Origin: a bacterium
GTDB taxonomy: Bacteria > RBG-13-61-14 > DATKZS01
DNA: 64,000 bases
Direction of reading: 5' to 3'
Assembly (NCBI GenBank): GCA_963674965.2
Contig: CAXXFL010000007.1
Location: 736,001-800,000, forward strand
Shown: in pieces, positions 28,589 to 36,965 of the stretch
Layout of the letters: every line of letters begins with the position of its first letter
Numbering within the stretch: position 1 is the stretch's first letter
Notes under the pieces: model-generated
Database searches by the model: none
The model's input: only the letters and a program-made list of their open reading frames with translations
Told to the model about the DNA's origin: nothing
Translations under genes and position numbers: made by a program

Positions 28589-29929
28589 GTGATAAAAATG
28601 TATAAACTTTTTAACCAAGCTCAACAACAAATGAGCTCAATAAATAAAAATGGCTATTTAGATGCTTTTTCAGAAGCAGCTTTAGAAAATGCTTATAGTA
28701 CTGTTCTCGGTTCTTACCCACATATGGATAGTATGCTCGAAACAGTCAACGCATTGATAAGAGGAATAGATTATTCTGCATTTAATCAAGCCACTCAGAT
28801 TATTTCTGGCATAAACAAATTTCTTACAAATGATGATATTTCTGGAATTACATCCGTAATTGCAGGTGTTAACTCAGCATCAGGATTTTCTATTCAAGAG
28901 GCAATGAATAAATTTGAATCTGATCATTTTGCTCTGGAAGATTACGTTTTTAAACTGTTATCACAAAATATATCAGGAGCCGCTGCTGCGATTAATGCAC
29001 TTCTTCCAGAGCACGGAAATATTTTCAAGGCGCAATTAATTTCAGAAGCTATTTCTGCAAATACTACCACCACGGCTTCAATACTTAATAGTCTGGAAAA
29101 CACGGGAAATCCGCATAATGTTATCGGACTATCCCAATTATTTTTAAGACCAGTTGCCGCATATAAAATGTTTGCAGATGATACAGTCGCTCTCTTTGCG
29201 GATGCCGTTGAAGCGCGTGAATCTTTACCTCTAGGGCTTTCATTGGCTATTGCAAAAAATCAAATCATCAAATCAACTGAAGTTACAACATCTTTAATCT
29301 CTTCAATTCAAGAAGAATATAAGCCAAATATTTCTAGACCTATTGACTTCTTTGAAATCCAAAGAACTGAACTTCTCGATAGTTTTAACTTTCCATATAA
29401 TACTGATCAATTGCAAAATAGAGAGATTATTCAATCCAAGAAATATAATTCTTTGGCCAGAAAAGCTTTAAGTTTATATATAGAATGCAACGAAAACTCC
29501 AAACTTAAGGGAGAAAAGGAAATCTTCACTCTTACAAATAGAGTACTCGAAGCAACAAACGAGTTGCCTTATATTGTGCCCGCTGATAAAAAGTCCTTCT
29601 CAATATTTATTGATTATATATACTTTATGGTTTACGAGGCGGCTGGAAGTGACAAGTTGAGATATCATTATAAAAGTGGAGGCATTCTCGATGATGAAGA
29701 ATGTCAGTTTGTCTGGAGAGTAAAGCATATTAGAAATAAATGGCTTCGCCACGACCCTGATCACGGAAGAGATATTGATATAAGGAAAAACTGGGAGGAC
29801 CTTAAAAAAACATTTAATAGTTTGGGCTTTAACGGTCTTCCAAGTAACGAAGATGACTTCAATAAAATGTCTAATATGCTTCTTAATCAATTTATTGAAT
29901 TCTTAGAAAGACTAAAATCAAAGTTATGA
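28589..29929 (+). CDS. Low-GC hypothetical protein with C-terminal HEPN-like R-x5-H motif
   Basis: 446-aa ORF in markedly AT-rich DNA with GGAG SD; helical C-terminus containing IRNKWLRHDPDH. Confidence 0.7.
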   Translation: MIKMYKLFNQAQQQMSSINKNGYLDAFSEAALENAYSTVLGSYPHMDSMLETVNALIRGIDYSAFNQATQIISGINKFLTNDDISGITSVIAGVNSASGFSIQEAMNKFESDHFALEDYVFKLLSQNISGAAAAINALLPEHGNIFKAQLISEAISANTTTTASILNSLENTGNPHNVIGLSQLFLRPVAAYKMFADDTVALFADAVEARESLPLGLSLAIAKNQIIKSTEVTTSLISSIQEEYKPNISRPIDFFEIQRTELLDSFNFPYNTDQLQNREIIQSKKYNSLARKALSLYIECNENSKLKGEKEIFTLTNRVLEATNELPYIVPADKKSFSIFIDYIYFMVYEAAGSDKLRYHYKSGGILDDEECQFVWRVKHIRNKWLRHDPDHGRDIDIRKNWEDLKKTFNSLGFNGLPSNEDDFNKMSNMLLNQFIEFLERLKSKL

Positions 29930-29935
29930 ACAGGC

Positions 29936-31012
29936 ATGCATATTCCTCGTGACACTCTAAAGGATGTGTTTACTCCCAAGGTGATTACTGCTTGGAGGGG
30001 TTGTCAGAAATCTTCGGATTTACTCAAGTTCAGACTGAATGTTCTAGAGGCTTGCGGACCTTATCCGCACGACCAAATAAAGGCGGACAGGTTGCGGTCA
30101 TTTCGGGCTCAAAAGGCGGCATGGGAGGCTTATCTGGATGCGGCCTTTGCATGTGGAATGTTCGAGGGTGATAAAGGCAAGGATATAAGGGCAAGGCTCA
30201 CCAGGACCGGAGATGATGGTTTCCGATCAGCAATGGCTGAGTGTGAGGCATGCTGGTTTCTTGCTGGCCGCATGGGTTTTAAGGTCGATCCAGATGCTCC
30301 AGGAAGGAAGGGTAAAAATCTTGAGATGCGCATCTTTTCCGACCAGGGAGATACTGGCATTGAAGTAAAAGCACCTTTCCGTGCTCGGCCCGAGCCACAT
30401 CCTGGGGAATCTGCAGTTGCGCGGTGTGGAGGAGACTCGGATAAAATTTCTGAGTGTATAAAAACTGCCAGCAAACAATTTAATGACGACTGCCCTAACA
30501 TCCTGGTGATTATTCCTAATTTGAGAAATACTCTGTTTGGACATCGGCGCGACCTTTTAAAAGCCGCATATGGAGAAAGCAAGTTAACATTTCAGGTAAA
30601 CCGAGAAACTGGCGAAGGCCGTCCGATGGAAGTGAAATTCTTTCCCGAGGGAAAATTCTTAAACACAAAGCGACCTGGAGGCAGACTCATAAAGCATGAT
30701 GGCTTCCCGGCACACAGGCGCGTAAGCGTTATCCTGTGCATAGAGGAAAGGATTGAAGAACGTTATCCAATGCCCGATCCTTTTGCGTTGCTTCCTGAAG
30801 AAACTCTTAGCCAGATATGGCCCCTATGGGAGAAAGCCCGGAAGCTTCATTTCAGTCCAGACAATAGAAAGTGGGTTGAGCACAACGTCCTGGTCCTGCA
30901 TAACCCATACGCCTATCATCAATTGCCTGAAAAGATGTGGGATGAGTTTCCGCAATTCCTTTCCGTGAATGGCGAGATGATGTGGACCGATGGATATAAA
31001 ATTGACGCCTAA
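29936..31012 (+). CDS. Hypothetical protein, possible PD-(D/E)xK nuclease fold
   Basis: FRSAMAECE..WFL...G..V...GKNLEM...GIEVKAP...KTASKQF...PNILVI; starts 6 bp after the upstream stop. Confidence 0.65.
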   Translation: MHIPRDTLKDVFTPKVITAWRGCQKSSDLLKFRLNVLEACGPYPHDQIKADRLRSFRAQKAAWEAYLDAAFACGMFEGDKGKDIRARLTRTGDDGFRSAMAECEACWFLAGRMGFKVDPDAPGRKGKNLEMRIFSDQGDTGIEVKAPFRARPEPHPGESAVARCGGDSDKISECIKTASKQFNDDCPNILVIIPNLRNTLFGHRRDLLKAAYGESKLTFQVNRETGEGRPMEVKFFPEGKFLNTKRPGGRLIKHDGFPAHRRVSVILCIEERIEERYPMPDPFALLPEETLSQIWPLWEKARKLHFSPDNRKWVEHNVLVLHNPYAYHQLPEKMWDEFPQFLSVNGEMMWTDGYKIDA

Positions 31013-31203
31013 CAGGTAACCCACATTGCCCTCAGGGGCGTGACCTCCGGCGTAACCCATCTATGAAAGCAAATTGTCAACCCTGGACGGTCTCATCCTC
31101 CAGTTACCAAAGCTTTTTCTTCTTTCCGTCTACCCTCCTTTACCCGAAAGAATCATGACCGGAGGACCGAGCGGGCGAGGGACGGAGGGCGGGATTGTTT
31201 CGG

Positions 31204-31818
31204 GTCAACAGGCTGGGTCGCCCATGCATGATGCATGGGCGGCGTAAGCCGCGGGCTGATTTTCTCCCGCTATCGGGCCCCTCCAATCGTCGGCCGGAAC
31301 ACGCCGGAATACGCCTCCAAGCGCCCTCGGCCCCGAAGACAGCAGCCCGTTCGCTTCGCTCACCCACGCAATATGCGTGGGCGACCCCGGTACTCCAGCC
31401 ACTTCAAAATGTCAACAGGCCGGGTCGCCCATGCATGATGCATGGGCGGCGTAAGCCGCGGGCTGATTTTCTCCCGCTATCGGGCCCCTCCAATCGCCGG
31501 CCTGAACACGCCGTAAAACGCCTCCAAGCGCCCTCGGCCCCGAAGACAGCAGCCCGTTCGCTTCGCTCACCCACGCAATATGCGTGGGCGACCCCGGTAC
31601 TCCAGCCACTTCAAAATGTCAACAGGCCGGGTCGCCCATGCATGATGCATGGGCGGCGTAAGCCGCGGGCTGATTTTCTCCCGCTATCGGGCTCCTCCAA
31701 TCGCCGGCCTGAACACGCAGGAATACGCCTCCAAGCGCCCTCGGCCCCGAAGACAGCAGCCCGTTCGCTTCGCTCACCCACGCAATATGCGTGGGCGACC
31801 CCGGGTTCCGGCCACTTC
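31204..31818. repeat. Three tandem 207-bp units, each bounded by inverted REP-like hairpins (REPIN/MITE-like)
   Basis: Units start at 31204, 31411 and 31618. Left GGGTCGCCCATGCATGATGCATGGGC and right CCCACGCAATATGCGTGGGCGACCC are each hairpins and inverted repeats of one another. Confidence 0.92.
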
Positions 31819-31881
31819 GGGTTCCGGGCGGGTTCCGGGGACAGCGGGTTCCGGGCGGGTTCCGGGGACAGCATACTTAAT
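31819..31881. repeat. Short tandem repeats (GGGTTCCGGGCGGGTTCCGGGGACAGC x2) ending in GGGGACAGCATACTTAATT
   Basis: Read directly from the sequence. Confidence 0.7.
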
Positions 31882-32117
31882 TATTTACGTTTCCGATATA
31901 TCTTGACAATATCCGCAATGATAATGATTGAGGCTGGTTTTTGAATGGCTTGATAAATGTAGAAAACGTAAAGAAAAAATCTAAAACGCCATCGATCAAT
32001 TACCCCGGTCACCTTGTAACCCGAGCTTACGCGCGGGCCTAATAGCTCGCGTCGCTAAAGCGCGCTCGGAAGCCCGATGAATCGGGCCTTTAAGGAATGC
32101 CTGGACGGTGGCGCCGC

Positions 32118-32145
32118 GGGGTGGCCCATCAATATTGTCCTCAAT
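32118..32145 (+). repeat. 28-bp imperfect direct repeat, right copy
   Basis: GGGGTGGCCCATCAATATTGTCCTCAAT. Confidence 0.75.
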
Positions 32146-32167
32146 GTGGAGGAGCTAAAAACAATCC

Positions 32168-32448
32168 ATGCATTTTGGAAATAGCAATACTCAGCCCGCG
32201 GCTACGTTACCCATGCATTTTGTGAAAAGATGGTCCACCCTGCGGAGTTCTTCGTTCCCCGGGGACTGTCCTGGGTCAAGATCGACAAGAACACCGGCCT
32301 CCGCGCCCAGGAATGCACCCCCAAGGAGAACATCAGGACCGAGGTCTTCATCAAGGGAACGGCCCCCGACGAGGTATCTCCCTGCCCAGCTATAGAAGGA
32401 ACCAATGCCGGCCACGACCGCGACCCCTTAAGCGAGCTGTATCGATAG
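32168..32448 (+). pseudogene. 3' remnant of a class A penicillin-binding protein (PBP1A-like) gene
   Basis: FFVPRGLSWVKIDKNTGLRA...TEVFIKGTAP resembles the PBP1A C-terminal tail; the preceding AATLPMHFVK in another frame resembles the AALPIW..FMK helix. Confidence 0.65.
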
Positions 32449-32562
32449 GCGATATTGACGTCGGAGCAAAAAAGATATTAACCGCAACGACGCGAAGAAA
32501 ACAAAGGGCGTTCGGCTTTTTCTTCCCTTCGCGTTCTTGGCGATGCTTTGGGAATGACCTTC

Positions 32563-32835
32563 TCAGCGACTCTTCAGGAATTTATCCCGGCACTCCTCGG
32601 AGCAGAAGTAGAGGGGCTTGCCCTCGTGGACCAGGTGGAGGGACGAGCCTTTTTCCACGTAGGTCCCGCACACGGGGTCCTTGAAGGTCTCGTCCGCCTC
32701 GTGGGGGTCGAGGCCTTTTTTCTTTTCCTTGTCAGGGCCGCCTTGTCCGTCCTTCGGGCGGGGCGGGGCGAGGTTCTTTTTGATGGAGAGATAGCTCAGG
32801 ATCGAGAAGAGCAGGAACAGGAGCAGCCTTCCCAT
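32563..32835 (-). CDS. YHS/TRASH domain small membrane protein
   Basis: N-terminal TM; KDPVCGTYV...YFCSEECRDKF. Confidence 0.88.
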   Translation of the reverse strand: MGRLLLFLLFSILSYLSIKKNLAPPRPKDGQGGPDKEKKKGLDPHEADETFKDPVCGTYVEKGSSLHLVHEGKPLYFCSEECRDKFLKSR

Positions 32836-32836
32836 G

Positions 32837-33346
32837 TCAGGGCTCCCGCCGCTTTCTCTTTTGAATCTTCACCTGGCCCGGGTCCTCGAGCCCGGCCAGA
32901 AGCACCGAGACGGTTTTATCGAATATGGGATGCTTAAGGTCGGGAGCTATCTGCTCGAGGGGCTCGAGCACGAACCTTCTTTCATGCATGCGGGGATGGG
33001 GCACGGTCAGCTCGGGCGAGTCGATGACCTTTGCCTCCCAAACGAGGACGTCCAGGTCGATGACCCTGGGTCCGTCCTTTATCCTTTCCTCGGGGCGGCC
33101 CATGCTTCTCTCGATATCCTTTAGTCCGAGGTGGAAGGCGCGCGGGTCGAGGTCCGTTTCCACTCCCGCGGCCGCGTTTATAAACCAGGGCTGGTCCGCC
33201 ACCCCCTTGGGCTCGGTGCGGTAAAAGGACGAGACCGCGAAGACCCGTCCCAGCCCCTTCTCCTGGATCAGGGCGAGGGCCTTCTCGAGGTTTTTTTCCG
33301 GGTCGCCCAGGTTGGCGCCCAGCCCGATGTAGGTTTTGACCGAGAT
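32837..33346 (-). CDS. folK: 2-amino-4-hydroxy-6-hydroxymethyldihydropteridine pyrophosphokinase (non-canonical start)
   Basis: The frame extends upstream of the ORF-track start to ISVKTYIGLGANLGD...SSFYRTEP..VADQPWFIN...GPRVIDLD...PHPRMHERRFVLEPL. No ATG/GTG/TTG precedes the N-terminal motif; ATC at 33346 is the candidate start. Confidence 0.92.
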   Translation of the reverse strand: MSVKTYIGLGANLGDPEKNLEKALALIQEKGLGRVFAVSSFYRTEPKGVADQPWFINAAAGVETDLDPRAFHLGLKDIERSMGRPEERIKDGPRVIDLDVLVWEAKVIDSPELTVPHPRMHERRFVLEPLEQIAPDLKHPIFDKTVSVLLAGLEDPGQVKIQKRKRREP

Positions 33347-33355
33347 GTCTTCCCC

Positions 33356-34537
33356 CTATCCGATGGCGCCGGAGTCGGACAAGTCCTTCATCCTTTTCAC
33401 GGCCTCCTTCATCCTTTCCTCGTCAACGATGAGGGCCATGCGGAAGTAGCCCTCCCCCTCCCGGCCGTAGCCGTTGCCGGGCGACGTCATAATGCCGGCC
33501 TTTTCCAGGAGCAGGGCCACCCACTCCTCGCTGGACATGCCGCCGGGGGTCTTGGCCCAGACGTAGAAGCTGCCCCTCGGTTTTTTGTACTCTATCTCGA
33601 GGGCGTCCAGGCCCCGGAGCAGGACGTCGCGCCGCTTCTGGTACATGGCGCGGAGCCTTTTCACGTCGTCCTCCCCCTTATTCATTGCCTCGATGGCCGC
33701 GGCCTGGACCGCCTCGAACGCCCCCGAGTCGATATTGCTTTTGATCTTGCCCAGGCCCGCTACGGCCATGGGCGCGCCGCAGGCGAAGCCTATGCGCCAT
33801 CCGGTCATGTTGTAGCTCTTGCTCATGGAGTGAAGCTCGATGACCCTGTCCATGGCCCCCTTTACCGCCAGGGCGCTGGGCGGCTCGAACCCGTCATAGG
33901 CCAGCTCCGAATAGGCGTTGTCGTGACAGACCAGGATATCGTGCTTATTCGCGAAGGCCACCACCCTCTCGAAGAAATCAAGATCGCAAGTGGCGGCCGT
34001 GGGATTGTTCGGATAATTCACGAAAATGAGCTTGGCCCGGCCCGCCACGTCCGAGGGAATGGCCTCCAGGTCCGGAAGAAAACCGTTCTCCTCCTCGAGG
34101 GGCATGATAAAAGACTTGCCGCCCGCGAACATGGTACCTATTTGGTAGACCGGATATGCCGGGCTGGGAACGAGAGCAACGTCCCCCGGGTTGATGAAGG
34201 CCAGGGGAAGATGGCCTATCCCCTCCTTGCTGCCGATCAGGCTGACCACGTCCTTGGACTCGATTTTGACGCCGAACCTCTTGTCCATCCAGGCCGCCGC
34301 CGACTCCCGAAAGGAGGCCATGCCGTAACTCGAGGGATACTGGTGATGGGCGGGATCGGCCAGGGCCCTGGCCCCCGCCTCGACTATATGCCCGGGAGTA
34401 GGCTGGTCGGGGTCGCCTATTCCCAGGTCGATAACGTCCACGCCCTTGGCCTTGGCCTTGCCCTTCATCTCGTCGAGACGGACGAAAAGGTAAGGCGGAA
34501 GACTTTTAACGCGGTCGGACAACTCCAATTTTGACAT
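33356..34537 (-). CDS. dapL: LL-diaminopimelate aminotransferase
   Basis: LPPYLF, IDLGIGDPD, LIGSKEGI, NYPNNPT, HDNAYSE, SMSKSYNMTGWRIG, PGNGYG..GEGYFR. Confidence 0.88.
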   Translation of the reverse strand: MSKLELSDRVKSLPPYLFVRLDEMKGKAKAKGVDVIDLGIGDPDQPTPGHIVEAGARALADPAHHQYPSSYGMASFRESAAAWMDKRFGVKIESKDVVSLIGSKEGIGHLPLAFINPGDVALVPSPAYPVYQIGTMFAGGKSFIMPLEEENGFLPDLEAIPSDVAGRAKLIFVNYPNNPTAATCDLDFFERVVAFANKHDILVCHDNAYSELAYDGFEPPSALAVKGAMDRVIELHSMSKSYNMTGWRIGFACGAPMAVAGLGKIKSNIDSGAFEAVQAAAIEAMNKGEDDVKRLRAMYQKRRDVLLRGLDALEIEYKKPRGSFYVWAKTPGGMSSEEWVALLLEKAGIMTSPGNGYGREGEGYFRMALIVDEERMKEAVKRMKDLSDSGAIG

Positions 34538-34743
34538 CTTGATCGAAACCTCCTTGCTGTGGATCAATGGCATGGTAACTGAATACCCCGTTTTTATCAA
34601 GAACGGAAATGATGGAGTCGATTGGAACTGGACTCGGCCCGCCGTATGAGAAATAGGCCAATATAAAGGTTTTCCCGCTTTAACGCGCGGAGGGCGGACT
34701 CTTTTGAATCCGCCCTCCCAAGGGTTTGGCTTCCCTTATAAGG

Positions 34744-35508
34744 TCAGTTGGCCGACGAGGTCACGGGACCGGTGGGGGAAGGAAGTTTCCTTATATAGAT
34801 CGGATACCTGGCCATGGCTTCCCGCAGGGTCTGGGGCATTTCTCCGCCGGCCATCTCGATGTTGGCCTGGATTACGGGGAACTCGACCGGGTCCATGAGC
34901 ACCTCGAAGAGGTACACGTGGGTATCGATAAGGACCCCGTTGCCGCGAGGATGGGGAATGGGCTTGTATTTACTCAACTCGGGGTCGTTCTTTATGACGG
35001 AAAGCAGAAACTCGGTGGGCGTCTCGACCACCAGGGGCTCGGGGTTGGTTCCCACCAGCTTGGCCGTAACCGCGTGGGTGTCACCGTCCAGGTCGTCGTA
35101 AGCAGGCTGGATGGCGGCGATTTTTCCATCCGGGACCCCGTGGTTCTTGCCGGCCTGGTTTCCCGCGCCTATGGCGATTATCAAGGCGAACACGGCGGCG
35201 GCCGCGGCCGTCATGGCGCGAAGGGGAATGGCCTCGAGTCCCCGGTCGAGCGCCTTGGCCGCCCTCTTCCACCACGGCGTTTGGGCCATCTCGATTCTTT
35301 GCTGGAGGGCAAGGACAAAATTGGGAGGGGCCTTGATTTCATCGAGTCCCCTTAGGACGGCGCGGGTAAAGGAAAGGCCGTCGAACTCTTTTTTGCATAA
35401 TGGGCAGATTTTGAGATGATCGTCGATTTTTCTCATTAGAGCCGCTTCCAGACGACCGTCCAGGTACTCTGAAAAATGCTCGCGAAGATTGTCACATCCC
35501 ATTCCCAT
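34744..35508 (-). CDS. Zinc-finger (zf-HC2) transmembrane anti-sigma factor
   Basis: C...FSEYLDG.L....HLKICPLC ZAS motif, TM helix, downstream of an ECF sigma. Confidence 0.85.
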   Translation of the reverse strand: MGMGCDNLREHFSEYLDGRLEAALMRKIDDHLKICPLCKKEFDGLSFTRAVLRGLDEIKAPPNFVLALQQRIEMAQTPWWKRAAKALDRGLEAIPLRAMTAAAAAVFALIIAIGAGNQAGKNHGVPDGKIAAIQPAYDDLDGDTHAVTAKLVGTNPEPLVVETPTEFLLSVIKNDPELSKYKPIPHPRGNGVLIDTHVYLFEVLMDPVEFPVIQANIEMAGGEMPQTLREAMARYPIYIRKLPSPTGPVTSSAN

Positions 35509-35552
35509 CTCACCTCGAATTAGATTTATACCGTTTTAGAGCCATCTCTTAT

Positions 35553-35580
35553 CAAGACAATGGTTGGCACGAAAAGTTCC
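35553..35580 (-). promoter_or_regulatory. Sigma-E-type (ECF) promoter upstream of the anti-sigma gene
   Basis: Minus strand reads GGAACTT-ttcgtgccaaccattg-TCTTG (GAACTT-N16-TCT). Confidence 0.6.
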
Positions 35581-35678
35581 TTAATTTCCATTTTTTCGCC
35601 ACATGTTCGCCACATTTTCTTTCCATCTGTCCTCAGGTCGCGTCCCGCCGGAGTTAACTATCGATAATATTTTAGAAA

Positions 35679-36473
35679 TCAGCTATCGGTCTGAACGGCC
35701 ATTTTCTCCTCGAGTATCTTTTTCAGTTCCATCCTGGCCCGGTGAATACGGGACTTGACCGTGCCCACCTTGATTTTCAGCACCTCGGCTATCTCCTCGT
35801 AAGACAGGTCCTGGATGTCCCGGAGCACGATACAGACGCGATGGTCTTCATCCAACTCGGCTATGGCCGCCTGCACGACCGTCTGGATTTCCTGCCCGCC
35901 GATAATATCCTCGGGGCTGGGCGACTCGTCCTCGAACTCGAAGTAGACCTCACCGTCCTTTATCTCCTGGGGCTGATCCATGGATATGGAACCGAAATAG
36001 TTGCGGCGGCCAAGATACTTGAGCCGGTTCTTGCAGTGATTTACCGTGACCCGGAATATCCAGGTGGAAAACATCGAGTCGCCCCTGAAGTTTTTCAGCG
36101 ACTTATGGACCGTGAGGAATACTTCCTGCGCCATGTCCTGGGCTTCGTGCTTGTCGCCGAGCACCCTGAAACAAAGGTTGTGGACTTTATGCTGGTACTT
36201 GATCACCAGCGAGGTAAAGGCCTTCTGGTCACCCTCGAGGAACCTGGCGATAAGGTCCATGTCCTCCTCCGCCCCGGAGGACCACTCGGAGCGTGACTCT
36301 TCTTCGGGTACGGGCCGGTCAAGGCCCTCTTCTTCATCCGGATATTCCTCGCCCTCATCCCGGTCTTCCTCGTCTTCCGGGGGAGGAGCGTTCTCGGCTT
36401 TATCCAGTTCCTCCCGGTCCTTTTCGGATTCAAGGCTCTTTTCGTCCGAGCCGCCCCGGGGTTTTTTCGCCAT
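35679..36473 (-). CDS. ECF sigma factor (RpoE-like) with acidic N-terminal extension
   Basis: DQKAFTSLV, AQDMAQEVF, FSTWIFRVTVNHC, LSYEEIAEVL...GTVKSRIHRAR. Start uncertain (36473 or 36494). Confidence 0.92.
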   Translation of the reverse strand: MAKKPRGGSDEKSLESEKDREELDKAENAPPPEDEEDRDEGEEYPDEEEGLDRPVPEEESRSEWSSGAEEDMDLIARFLEGDQKAFTSLVIKYQHKVHNLCFRVLGDKHEAQDMAQEVFLTVHKSLKNFRGDSMFSTWIFRVTVNHCKNRLKYLGRRNYFGSISMDQPQEIKDGEVYFEFEDESPSPEDIIGGQEIQTVVQAAIAELDEDHRVCIVLRDIQDLSYEEIAEVLKIKVGTVKSRIHRARMELKKILEEKMAVQTDS

Positions 36474-36965
36474 ATGCATAAGGCCCGCGCCCATGTCAGT
36501 CTCTAATCTTTGCCGGGACGCGAAAAACAGGCGTCCCATCTCGAAAATCCACGATAACTTTCGAGATTCTCTCGACAATCCAAAAGGAGCCGGATGTAGC
36601 TGGACTATGGTCATGGCGATAGGCAAGGGTGAAGACACGGGCGCTGGCCAAGCCCGTATCTCGCTTGCTCGTTAACGGATTGTATACTCTTTCCCGCGAA
36701 GGGGCAAACTTGGACGATTGAAAGACAAGGTCGGCAATTGAACCAGGTGTAGGTAAAAAAAGCATCTGCCTTTTGACGCCGTAAGCCGGAAAAAGTGCCC
36801 TCCCATTCAAAACAAGCCGCCGTCCAACTTCCAAAGCATGGGTAAATAATTCTCCGCGAGTTCTTAAATATCACAAATTAAACGCATTTCTTTAAAAGGC
36901 GCCGAGAGAATTTGATAGTTCGATGAAGTTATGGGATTATCGGCCCTGTTTTTCGTAGAAAAAAA

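Noticed and set aside
31006-31110. Integron attC site (GCCTAAC at the stop codon)
   Set aside because: No matching GTTRRRY or complementary arm found downstream, and no integrase.
31204-31818. CRISPR array
   Set aside because: Units are near-identical over their full length with no unique spacers, and no cas genes are present.
31195-31944. 249-aa ORF with three 69-aa repeats
   Set aside because: By-product of the 207-bp (multiple of 3) DNA repeat; the conserved features are DNA palindromes, not protein-like.
33356-33358. Genome-wide TAG recoding
   Set aside because: Other genes end at TAG at expected lengths with the next gene in a different frame (e.g. 3803, 41974).
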